NCBI GenBank assembly: GCA_964481655.1
Contig: CAYZVO010000015.1
Span: forward strand, 789 to 64,788
Length of the DNA stretch: 64,000 bases
DNA from: an uncultured Enterobacterales bacterium
GTDB taxonomy: Bacteria > Myxococcota_A > UBA796 > JAFGLY01
Direction of reading: 5' to 3'
The position numbers and the translations under genes are program-made. Under the pieces are notes generated by a model. That model saw only the letters and a program-made list of their open reading frames with translations. It did no database searches and was not told the DNA's origin. Shown piece by piece: positions 42,449-51,051 of the stretch (positions within the stretch are counted from its first letter, which is position 1; each line of letters starts with the position of its first letter).

Positions 42449-43186
42449 ATGAACCCCACCCGCGCACTCACCCTGATCTCCCTGCTCGTCGCCGGTTGCG
42501 GCGGCGAAGGCACCTGGGTCCTCACCACCTGGGGCGAGGACTACATCGAGGTCGGGATCCCGGCCGCCGACTTCGTCGACGGCTGCTCGGTCGTATTCGA
42601 TCGCTTCGAGGTCGTGGACCTCGACTTGGCCCTGCTGGACGGCGACGGCGAGCTCGTCGGCGAGATCCCCGGCAGCTTCGTGAAGGACATGGTCGAGCCG
42701 GGGCCTGTGGAGCTGGGCACCGCGGCGGTCCCCGCGACCCACTACGACAGCGTGCGCTGGCGCATCGCTCCCACCGACGATGAGCCCGTCTCCATCAGCG
42801 TCGCGGGGACCCTCACCTGCGGCGAGACCAGCGTCGACTTCGCCTGGGACTTCGACACGGACACAACCTACTTCTGCGAGCCCGAGGACCTCACCATCCC
42901 CAGCGGCGGTGAGGACGAGACCGAGCTGACCGTACACGGCGACCACCTGTTCTACGACAGCCTCGAGGATCCCGACGCCGGCCTGCGGGGCCAGGCCTTC
43001 GTGGATGCCGATGCTGACGCTGACGGTGAGGTCACCGTGGTCGAGCTGGAGGCCGTCAGCGTGGCCGAGCTGGGCTACGACGTGGGCTCCCAGTCCGATG
43101 TCACAGACCTGTACGCCTTCGTGGCCTTCCTGACCCGCACCCTGGGGCACGTGGACGGCGAGGGGCACTGCCAGGTGGAGCTGTGA
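42449..43186 (+). CDS. hypothetical lipoprotein (TBDR-associated 2)
   Basis: ATG 42449 lies 4 nt after the upstream stop. MNPTRALTLISLLVAGCGG lipobox. Contains an EF-hand-like DADADADGEVTVVELE segment and several His residues (HGDH, GHVDGEGHC). Confidence 0.7.
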   Translation: MNPTRALTLISLLVAGCGGEGTWVLTTWGEDYIEVGIPAADFVDGCSVVFDRFEVVDLDLALLDGDGELVGEIPGSFVKDMVEPGPVELGTAAVPATHYDSVRWRIAPTDDEPVSISVAGTLTCGETSVDFAWDFDTDTTYFCEPEDLTIPSGGEDETELTVHGDHLFYDSLEDPDAGLRGQAFVDADADADGEVTVVELEAVSVAELGYDVGSQSDVTDLYAFVAFLTRTLGHVDGEGHCQVEL

Positions 43187-43357
43187 GCTAGTACGCCCCG
43201 AGCGTCATGAGCACGAGCAGGAAGCTGATGCGGGGGGGCCTGCTGGGACGGGGCATGGGGCGCCTCCAGGGTGCGTGCTCTCGGTGGATCGGTGCCTCGG
43301 GGTCGGGGAGATGTTGACCCGCGAGGCGGAAGGATCGGAAACGCTGAATACACGCTC

Positions 43358-43381
43358 CCGTGACCCGGTGCGGGGTCACGG
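43358..43381. terminator. candidate bidirectional terminator hairpin between convergent genes
   Basis: CCGTGACCC-GGTGCG-GGGTCACGG, a 9-bp perfect stem. It lies 6 nt downstream (minus-strand sense) of the stop of CDS 43387..43971. There is no clear U-tract. Confidence 0.35.
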
Positions 43382-43386
43382 GGGGG

Positions 43387-43971
<585 letters not shown>

Positions 43972-44090
43972 GGGAGACTCCGGTGGGGTTCAGTGTTTCC
44001 ACTGGTAACTACGGTCCTGGATCCATGGGGGGTCACGCGGGGGTCATGGGGATCTCGCCGTTGTGCGCGACGATTCGTTCCCAGCTGGGT

Positions 44091-44102
44091 GGGGCATGCC
44101 CC
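44091..44102. promoter_or_regulatory. 12-bp perfect palindrome in a divergent promoter region
   Basis: GGGGCATGCCCC, about 70 nt upstream of the sigma-54 -24 element. Possibly an activator (enhancer-binding protein, EBP) site or another transcription factor site. Confidence 0.25.
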
Positions 44103-44166
44103 CCCATGCCAGGATTCCGACGAGGGCTTTCGGGCGTCGATGCCGTCCCGGTCGCCTTCGGCGATG

Positions 44167-44182
44167 TGGCACGGGAGTTGCA
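44167..44182 (+). promoter_or_regulatory. sigma-54 (-24/-12) promoter
   Basis: TGGCAC-GGGAG-TTGCA matches the TGGCAC-N5-TTGCW consensus exactly, with correct spacing. The -12 GC is about 33 nt upstream of ATG 44214, leaving room for the GGAGGA RBS. Confidence 0.65.
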
Positions 44183-44213
44183 AAGGGGGCCGGCGCAACC
44201 CCCGGAGGATCCC

Positions 44214-44690
44214 ATGGTCGGTCTCACCACCCTCGTCCCCCTCTTCCTCGCCCTCGCCCAGCCAGTCCACGCCCAGAGCTGCGACGTGTCGGGGCTCGAC
44301 GGGGTCGCCCGGGATCTCGACACCGTCCTCGACGAGGTGGCGCCGGTGCCCGAGGGTTCCGCCCTCGACGAGGCCACCGCTCGCACCGTCAGCTGGATCG
44401 TGGACGCCCTCGAGTTCGAGCTCGACACGATGCTCGAGCTGGTGGACGTCGGCCACACCAAGACCGCCGAGGTCATCGGCGAGGTGGTGCTGGGCGAGCT
44501 CGAGCAGCTGCGCGAGGTCGTGGGCATGAGCGACGAGGACTGGGCCACGCTGGTGGGCCTGTACGCTCAGGTCTTCGACCCCCAGACCCTGGCCTCACCC
44601 GAGCGGACCCGCGAGGCGGTGGACGCGCTGATGGACGAGGTGGGCCGTCACGGCTCCGGGACGGGCTGGGCGGACTCGCTCGAGGACTGA
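44214..44690 (+). CDS. hypothetical secreted acidic helical protein (sigma-54-dependent candidate)
   Basis: GGAGGA RBS. Signal peptide MVGLTTLVPLFLALAQPVHA. 158 aa. Its 3' end overlaps the convergent gene by 43 nt. Confidence 0.65.
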   Translation: MVGLTTLVPLFLALAQPVHAQSCDVSGLDGVARDLDTVLDEVAPVPEGSALDEATARTVSWIVDALEFELDTMLELVDVGHTKTAEVIGEVVLGELEQLREVVGMSDEDWATLVGLYAQVFDPQTLASPERTREAVDALMDEVGRHGSGTGWADSLED

Positions 44691-46681
44691 ACCGGGCTGG
44701 GGTCCTCCCGCCGACGTCGGAACACCACCCAGACCAGGCCGAACAGCCCGACGCCGCTGGCGCCGGCGTGGCAGCCGCAGTCGCTCGTCTCGGGTAGCAG
44801 GATGCAGCCGCACACATGGTCAGCGGGGTCCGGGCCGCAGTCGATGGGCTCCCAGTCCCAGGGGTCGTAGTCGTCGTCCTCCCAGCTGTCCCAGTCGTCG
44901 TCATCGTCGTCATCCCAGCTGTCCCAGTCGTCGCCGGGGTCGCCGCTGGCCACGATCTCGAACAGCTCCACGCGGCGGCCGCCGTCCTCGTCCACCATGG
45001 TGACCTCGATCGCCCAGACGCCCTGCTCGCCAGAGGGGTTGGTGAACAGGACCTCGTCGTGGTCGATCTCCACCTCGGCCTCGTCGCAGAATGCGACCAG
45101 CTCGTAGTCGTCTTCTCCCGGCTCATGGGCGCGCAGCACGCCGCGGACGCTGGCGTTGAGCTCGACCTCCATGGGGCTGGTGCGGATGTTGGTGGTGCCG
45201 CCGCCGCAGCCCCAGCCGCCGCCTCCGCCGCCTTCGCCGTCGTCGTAGGCCACGACCTCGAGGCCCAGCAGCCACGGGGCGACGTTCCTGGCCGCGAAGT
45301 CGAAGTTCACGGCGTCCACCAGGCTGCCGTCGTCGCTGTTCAGCAGCCAGAAGTCCATGCTCGAGCGGCCCTGGTCCAGCAGCCGGCAGCGGAAGGGTGG
45401 GCCGTCGTCCTGCCCCTCGCTCTCGCAGGAGATGGGGCCCTCGTACGAGTGGAACAGCTCGCTGTCGAGCTCATCGAAGCAGCCCTCGACGGTGACCGCC
45501 ACGCGGAACACGCCGCCCTCGGGAGCGTCGCCGGTGTCCCGGCCGCTGTCGCCGTCCCAGCGGGGGTCGAAGGCCCCGAAGTGGCCGGTGTCCGGCACGG
45601 TCAGCTCGCTGACCAGCGTGACGTTGTACTCGTCCACCTCGCCGTCGCAGTCGTTGTCGACGCCGTCGCAGGTCTCCACCGCGCCTGGGTAGACCGCGGC
45701 GTTGTCGTCGTCGCAGTCCCCCGCTTCCGTGCTGACGCCGTCGCCGTCGCCGTCCAGGTGCTCGCCGCAGCCTGTGGTGAGCATCGTGCGCACGGTGGAG
45801 CCGTCGGCGTCCAGCATGATCAGATCCCAGCACAGGTCCCCGTCGACCGAGTGGAGGATGGCCGCCCCGGGCCCGAAGCCCAGGGGCACGTTGTGGGCGC
45901 TGCCGTCGACCCCGCGCACCAGGGTGACGGAGGCGTCTGCAGGGTGCAGCACCAGCGTGTCGGGCGCGTCGTCACCGTCGAACTCAGCGACCAGGAAGGC
46001 GCCCGGCTCGGCGGCCAGGGGGGTGAGGGTGCCGTCCTCGGTGGCCAGCAGCCAGGCGTCGCTGATGGTCCAGGCCCAGCGATCGTCGATCACGCCCAGG
46101 GAGGCCACCAGGCCTCCCGCCGCCAGGAGGTTGGTGCCCAGGGTGTCCAGCTCCTGGACCTGATCGTCTCCGACCGCGGCGGCCAGCAGGCCGTCGGTGC
46201 GGGTGGCCAGCAGGGCGGCGCCGTCGATCTGCATGTCGGGTTCGTCGATGGCTGCGCCGTTGCCGGACCAGAGCTGGACGGTGTCACCGGCGGTGGCGTA
46301 GCCGTCCACGCCGTCCCAGGTCCCGGCCACCAGGGCGTCGCAGCCCTCGCTGGTGATGGACCCCGCGGTGCTCAGGTTGAGGCTGGCGGGGACCCAGACC
46401 AGGCCCTCGTCCCGGCAGAAGACGGCGTCCAGCGTGCCGTTGCCGTTGCGGTCCTCGAGCAGCAGGCTGCGGCCGCCGGGCTCCAGCTGATCGGCGACGG
46501 CGCCGGTGCTGGGGTCCACCAGCCACAGGGCCTCTTCGCCCAGCAGCATCAGGCCATGGTCGGCCATGGCGAGCGAGCGGGCCTCGCCAGGGGTGGCCCA
46601 GCTGCTCTGCTCTTCGAGGGACCAGGCTCCGGCCGGCGCGGTCGCCAGCAGGCCTGCGAACACAGGGGTGAGTGCGAACAT
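44648..46681 (-). CDS. secreted repeat protein with one MopE-type motif and a MYXO-CTERM-like sorting tag
   Basis: Signal peptide MFALTPVFAGLLATAPAGA. GDCDDDNAAVYPGAVETCDGVDNDCDGEVDE. Acidic DDWDSW tract. C-terminal CGCHAGASGVGLFGLVWVVFRRRRE. Confidence 0.75.
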   Translation of the reverse strand: MFALTPVFAGLLATAPAGAWSLEEQSSWATPGEARSLAMADHGLMLLGEEALWLVDPSTGAVADQLEPGGRSLLLEDRNGNGTLDAVFCRDEGLVWVPASLNLSTAGSITSEGCDALVAGTWDGVDGYATAGDTVQLWSGNGAAIDEPDMQIDGAALLATRTDGLLAAAVGDDQVQELDTLGTNLLAAGGLVASLGVIDDRWAWTISDAWLLATEDGTLTPLAAEPGAFLVAEFDGDDAPDTLVLHPADASVTLVRGVDGSAHNVPLGFGPGAAILHSVDGDLCWDLIMLDADGSTVRTMLTTGCGEHLDGDGDGVSTEAGDCDDDNAAVYPGAVETCDGVDNDCDGEVDEYNVTLVSELTVPDTGHFGAFDPRWDGDSGRDTGDAPEGGVFRVAVTVEGCFDELDSELFHSYEGPISCESEGQDDGPPFRCRLLDQGRSSMDFWLLNSDDGSLVDAVNFDFAARNVAPWLLGLEVVAYDDGEGGGGGGWGCGGGTTNIRTSPMEVELNASVRGVLRAHEPGEDDYELVAFCDEAEVEIDHDEVLFTNPSGEQGVWAIEVTMVDEDGGRRVELFEIVASGDPGDDWDSWDDDDDDDWDSWEDDDYDPWDWEPIDCGPDPADHVCGCILLPETSDCGCHAGASGVGLFGLVWVVFRRRREDPSPVQSSSESAQPVPEP

Positions 46682-46732
46682 CCTCCAGCTCCTCCATGGC
46701 CAGGATAGCCGCGGAGGACGCCGGTCGTGGGC

Positions 46733-48631
46733 CTACCAGCCGGTGTCCCACCACTCGTCGCTGTCCTGCCAGCTGTAGTCGTTGCAGGGGTCCAGCCCCT
46801 CGAAGGGCACGGCGGCCAGGACCTCATTGGGCTCGTCCAGGGTGGCCACGGTGAAGCCCGCCGAGCCGATGGCGTAGGCGTAGCGGTCCATGATCACCGA
46901 GCGGCGCACGGGGGCGCAGGTCCAGGCTTCGGAGCCGAAGCTCTCGAGCACGGCGTCCTGCTCGAGGGAGCCGGTGTGGGAGAGCCCGGCGGTGGTGGCG
47001 TCGAAGATCTCGAGCACCGGGTCGCCGCCGGCGGCCCAGCTGGGGATGGCCAGGGCGTCCTGGTCGGAGAAGTAGTTGAAGGCGTGGTGCTCATCCAGCG
47101 CCTCGGACTCGCTGGCGTCGAGCATCACCCGGTCCGCCAGCCGTGGGTTGCCCAGGTCGCTGATGTCGAACAGGGAGACCGCCAGCTTCCAGTCCCAGCC
47201 GTCGTCCTCGTCCATGCCCACGGCCAGCAGGTGATCCTCGCCCATGGGGTGCAGGTAGGTGGAGAATCCGGTGACCTCGAGGGCCCCGCGCTGCACGATG
47301 TCGGTGGGGTCGGACAGGTCGATGGTGAACAGCGGGTCCCCCAGCCAGACCTCGTAGGTCACGATGTAGCCGATGCGACCCAGGAAGCGGGCGGCGAAGA
47401 TCTCCTCGCCCTCGGCCAGGCCCACCAGGCTGTCCAGCAGCTCGAAGCTGCCGCTCTCCTCGCGCAGGGTGTGCACCTCGGCGGAGACCGGCCACTCCTG
47501 CTGGGTGGTGGCCACCCGCAAGATCCCGTCGTACTCGCTCAGGGCGAACTCGTCGCTCAGGGTGCCGGAGACCTTGGTGCTGGCGGCGTAGCTGGGGTGG
47601 GGATCGTCGGCGCCGATGTCGAACTTGTGCAGGATGGTCTCGAGGCTGCCGTCGATGCTGGGGAAGGGGCCCGAGCTGTACTCGGTGGCCGCGATGTAGA
47701 TGGCGTTGGTGCTGGCGTAGACGGTCTCGGCCTCACCCACCACGCTCTCGCCCGCGAAGGAGCCCATGGGGTCGTCCAGGTCCAGGGACATCACCGTGGT
47801 GAGGTAGGTGCCGCCCTCGCGGTCGGAGACCCAGACGTCGGTGCAGTCGCACACTGCGTCTTCCTCGGTGACCCAGGCGCCGTCCACCAGCTTGTGGTCG
47901 GCGCTCCAGCTCAGCCAGTCGGCGGGCTCGGTCTGCCGCAGGCGCTTGCGGGCGGAGCGCACCGAGGTGGCGCCGTCGGTGACCCGCAGGTCCTGGTAGG
48001 TGACCACGAACAGGCGGCTGCCGATGCGGCGGGTGGCCTCGAAGCGGCCCTCCACGTAGGTCTCGCGGACCACCTGGGGGTGGGTCGGGGTGCCCACGTC
48101 CACGATGGTCACCAGGGTGCGGGGCTCGTTCTCGTTGATGACCGAGTTGGAGCCGGAGCGGGGCTTGCCCTCGTCGGTGACCCGGGACAGGGCGATCACC
48201 GTGGTGCCGTAGAGGTAGATGCCGTCCGGCGTCCCGTCGAGCTCCAGGCGGGAGAGCTCGGCAGCGTCGGTGTAGGGCCAGGCCTGGGAGATGACCAGGT
48301 GGCCGTCGGCCAGGCTGAAGAGGTAGCGGCCGTCGGTCTTGACCAGGTCGGCTTCGTCGACCCCTTCTTCCTGGAGGTTGGTCTCGGAGTAGGACTCGGG
48401 GCCGGACCCCATGCCGCCGTCGTCCTTGGCGGAGAAGCTGTACTCGGCGCAGCCGGAGAGCACGTCACCGGGGGCCCAGCGGTAGTCCCAGAGCACCTCC
48501 TTGCGGGCCATGCGCTCCATGGCGTTGCCCAGCTGGTTGCAGCTGTCGATGCGGTAGAGGTCCGGGGCGGGGTCCATGGCCGAGCATGCGGCCAAGGGGG
48601 CGATCAGGGCGATGAGGAGGGGATGGCGCAT
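46733..48631 (-). CDS. beta-propeller domain-containing lipoprotein (COG4880/Beta_propel-like)
   Basis: ATG 48631 overlaps the upstream TGA (ATGA). MRHPLLIALIAPLAAC. Blocks NLQEEGVDEADLVKTDG.YLF, YAS.NAIYIA, DEFALSEYDGILRVATT, ARF.G..GY.VTY...DPLF..DLSDP, GFS.YLHP are typical of this family. Confidence 0.75.
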   Translation of the reverse strand: MRHPLLIALIAPLAACSAMDPAPDLYRIDSCNQLGNAMERMARKEVLWDYRWAPGDVLSGCAEYSFSAKDDGGMGSGPESYSETNLQEEGVDEADLVKTDGRYLFSLADGHLVISQAWPYTDAAELSRLELDGTPDGIYLYGTTVIALSRVTDEGKPRSGSNSVINENEPRTLVTIVDVGTPTHPQVVRETYVEGRFEATRRIGSRLFVVTYQDLRVTDGATSVRSARKRLRQTEPADWLSWSADHKLVDGAWVTEEDAVCDCTDVWVSDREGGTYLTTVMSLDLDDPMGSFAGESVVGEAETVYASTNAIYIAATEYSSGPFPSIDGSLETILHKFDIGADDPHPSYAASTKVSGTLSDEFALSEYDGILRVATTQQEWPVSAEVHTLREESGSFELLDSLVGLAEGEEIFAARFLGRIGYIVTYEVWLGDPLFTIDLSDPTDIVQRGALEVTGFSTYLHPMGEDHLLAVGMDEDDGWDWKLAVSLFDISDLGNPRLADRVMLDASESEALDEHHAFNYFSDQDALAIPSWAAGGDPVLEIFDATTAGLSHTGSLEQDAVLESFGSEAWTCAPVRRSVIMDRYAYAIGSAGFTVATLDEPNEVLAAVPFEGLDPCNDYSWQDSDEWWDTGW

Positions 48632-49782
48632 CAGAAGCGGACCTCCGTGGCGAGCCCGGGGATGGCCCGTCCCTCGTAGGGCACGAGGGTGGGGCTGGGC
48701 AGGGTGAAGGCCGTCAGCTTCAGACGGCCGAGGCGGCGGTCGGCGGGGGGAGTGAGCATCCAGCTGTTCAGGGCGTAGCCGGCCAGGCCCCCCGCGACGG
48801 TGGCGCCGGTGACGAAGGCCACGACGCCGTGCTCGGTGTACCAGACGATGTTCGAGGTGACCCAGGCGAAGCCGTAGGCCCCCATGCCACCCACCAGAGC
48901 ACCGGCGTTGAACATCCGGATGTCCTGACGGGACAGGCCCAGGCCCCGGGTGAGGGTCCAGCCACCAAGGGCGCCCAGGTTGGCGGCCAGGGCCAAGGGG
49001 TAGACGGAGTCCTCGTACAGCTCGTCGAAGGCGTAGGTGTAGGCCATCACCGCGAAGCCCAGTCCGGTGCCCCAGTAGGCCCCCCACTGCATGCCGAGGC
49101 TGGCCGCGGGGTCGGGGTCCTGCAGGGCCCACAGGGTGCCCGCAGCGGCGCCCGCGCCGGCGCCGAGCATCATGCCGGCGGGGATCGCGGACCAGCTGTA
49201 GTTGTCGCCGGTGATGGCGTAGCCGATGACGGCGCCGTTGAGGAGCCCCAGCTGCTCGATGCCGATGATGGTCGAGGCGGTGGCCGAGTCGATGCCGTGG
49301 TGCTTGGCCAGCAACAGGGCCGAGCCCGCGCCCAGCCCTCCACCGGCCATGGCCAGGGCGAGGTAGGCGCGCTCGTCGTAGCCCAGCGGTTCGTTGATCA
49401 GCAGGTTGGGCCCGAGCAGGTAGCTGCCCATGGCGGCCTGCCAGCCCACCAGGCGCACGGCGGGGCCGACGTCGCGCTTGGCGCCCTCGGGATCGGGCAG
49501 GCGGGCGAGCTTCAGGACCACAGCGCGGCGATCCTCGGAGGCCAGCTGTTGGTCGAGGACCCAGCGCAGCACGTCGCGGGCGGCGTCGTAGTCACCCTCG
49601 GCGCTCAGGTCGTCGGCCAGGATCAGGGCGGTCTCGATGGTGGGGTTGGGGGCCACCTCGATGGGATCAGGGGTCGTGGTCGCGGCCTCCGGGGCTGGGG
49701 GCTCCGCGGCCTGGACGTCCACGAAGTCGCGCTCCTGGGCCTGGGCGACGGTGAGGGCGGAGGCGAGCAGCAGTGACAACAT
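48631..49782 (-). CDS. hypothetical glycine-zipper-rich polytopic membrane protein, paralog 2
   Basis: ATG 49782 lies 7 nt after AGGAGG; GTG 49788 is the track start. Signal peptide, a TPR-like helix pair, then multiple Gly/Ala-rich hydrophobic segments. Ends ...ATEVRF. Confidence 0.65.
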   Translation of the reverse strand: MLSLLLASALTVAQAQERDFVDVQAAEPPAPEAATTTPDPIEVAPNPTIETALILADDLSAEGDYDAARDVLRWVLDQQLASEDRRAVVLKLARLPDPEGAKRDVGPAVRLVGWQAAMGSYLLGPNLLINEPLGYDERAYLALAMAGGGLGAGSALLLAKHHGIDSATASTIIGIEQLGLLNGAVIGYAITGDNYSWSAIPAGMMLGAGAGAAAGTLWALQDPDPAASLGMQWGAYWGTGLGFAVMAYTYAFDELYEDSVYPLALAANLGALGGWTLTRGLGLSRQDIRMFNAGALVGGMGAYGFAWVTSNIVWYTEHGVVAFVTGATVAGGLAGYALNSWMLTPPADRRLGRLKLTAFTLPSPTLVPYEGRAIPGLATEVRF

Positions 49783-49794
49783 CAGCACACCTCC

Positions 49795-50913
49795 TCAGAA
49801 GCGGTAGGCGACCAGCGGCAGGCCGTAGGCCAGGCCGTCGTCGCTGGGGATGGGGGTGGGGACGGGCACGCCGATGCGCAGCTCGTCGTCGGTGCCGCTG
49901 ATCAGCGCGGCCGCCAGGGCTCCGTCGCGAGCCCGGTGCTCCGAGCGCTTCGCCAGCCACAGGCCGACCCCGCCTCCCAGCAGGGTGCCCGCGGTGGCCA
50001 TGACGATCAGCGGTTCGTCGTCGATGCCGTTGTTCCAGGACAGCAGCGCGATGAGCTGCAGGGTGCCCACCCCGCCGATCACGCCGCCGAGGTTCATGGC
50101 CCAGACCTGGGAGCGGGACAGGTCCAGCCGGTGGGCCAGGGCCAGCCCGGCGAGGGTGCCCACGTCGCTCCAGACCAGCATCGAGGTCAGCAGTTCGTCG
50201 TCGTACCACTCCATCAGGCCGCCGTGGGCCGCGCCCATGGCCAGGCCCCAGACCGCGCCGGAGTGGGCGCCGAGGGCCTCGCCGCCGGTGGGGTCGGTCA
50301 TGGTCAGCAGGTAGCCACCTGCTGTGCCGACCCCGACCCCGGCCAGCAGGCCGATGGAGGTGTTCACCTCGTCCCCGCCGACCAGGTGGGCGATGGCCGC
50401 CCCGTTCCAGCCGCCCAGCTGTTGGGCGGCGATGACGGTGTTGGCCTGGCCCTGGCTCAGGCCGGGGCCCACCGCCATGGCGATGGCCGAGCCCGTGCCG
50501 AGGGCCGCGCCGCCCGCGGCCCCGATGAAGTAGGGCGTGGCGGTGCGCAGGGGATCGTAGCTGATGCGGGCCATGTGGGGCCCCAGCAGGTAGGCGCCAA
50601 GGGCCGTCTGCCAGGCCGCGAGGCGCATGGCGGGCATGACGTCCCGTCGGCGGCGGGGCAGGGTGGCCTGCAGGGCCTCGGCCTCGCTTCGCACGCCGGT
50701 GTCGAGCTCTTGCTCGAGCATCCAGTCCAGCGTCGCGCGGGCGCTGTCCCGCTGCTCGAGGGCGATCAGATCCTGGGCCAACGCCAGGGCCTCGGCGGGA
50801 TCGGCGGCCTCTTCGACCGGCGGGGTTGTGACCTCGGCCGCGCTCGGCGCCGCCTCCGGCGCCCCCAGCGCTGCGGCTGCCAATGACACTGTGAACCAGA
50901 CGGACGCCGCCAT
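49795..50913 (-). CDS. hypothetical glycine-zipper-rich polytopic membrane protein, paralog 1
   Basis: GGAGGAGCG RBS then ATG 50913. MAASVWFTVSLAAAALGAPEA. Same architecture as the downstream paralog (LRLAAWQTALGAYLLGP vs VRLVGWQAAMGSYLLGP). Ends ...VAYRF. Confidence 0.65.
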   Translation of the reverse strand: MAASVWFTVSLAAAALGAPEAAPSAAEVTTPPVEEAADPAEALALAQDLIALEQRDSARATLDWMLEQELDTGVRSEAEALQATLPRRRRDVMPAMRLAAWQTALGAYLLGPHMARISYDPLRTATPYFIGAAGGAALGTGSAIAMAVGPGLSQGQANTVIAAQQLGGWNGAAIAHLVGGDEVNTSIGLLAGVGVGTAGGYLLTMTDPTGGEALGAHSGAVWGLAMGAAHGGLMEWYDDELLTSMLVWSDVGTLAGLALAHRLDLSRSQVWAMNLGGVIGGVGTLQLIALLSWNNGIDDEPLIVMATAGTLLGGGVGLWLAKRSEHRARDGALAAALISGTDDELRIGVPVPTPIPSDDGLAYGLPLVAYRF

Positions 50914-51010
50914 CGCTCCTCCTGTGGGTCGATGCTGTGGCCCGGTCCAGTCTCTGACATCCTCCTGGTGCGCGCAAGGAGGCAGAACGATCACTCCCGT
51001 GCGCTTGCCG

Positions 51011-51022
51011 GGACGATCGTCC
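51011..51022. promoter_or_regulatory. 12-bp perfect palindrome in a divergent promoter region
   Basis: GGACGATCGTCC, 30 nt upstream of ATG 51052. A second near-palindrome, CCGGATTCCGG, is at 51033-51043. Confidence 0.25.
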
Positions 51023-51051
51023 GGTCATAGGCCCGGATTCCGGGAGGAACG

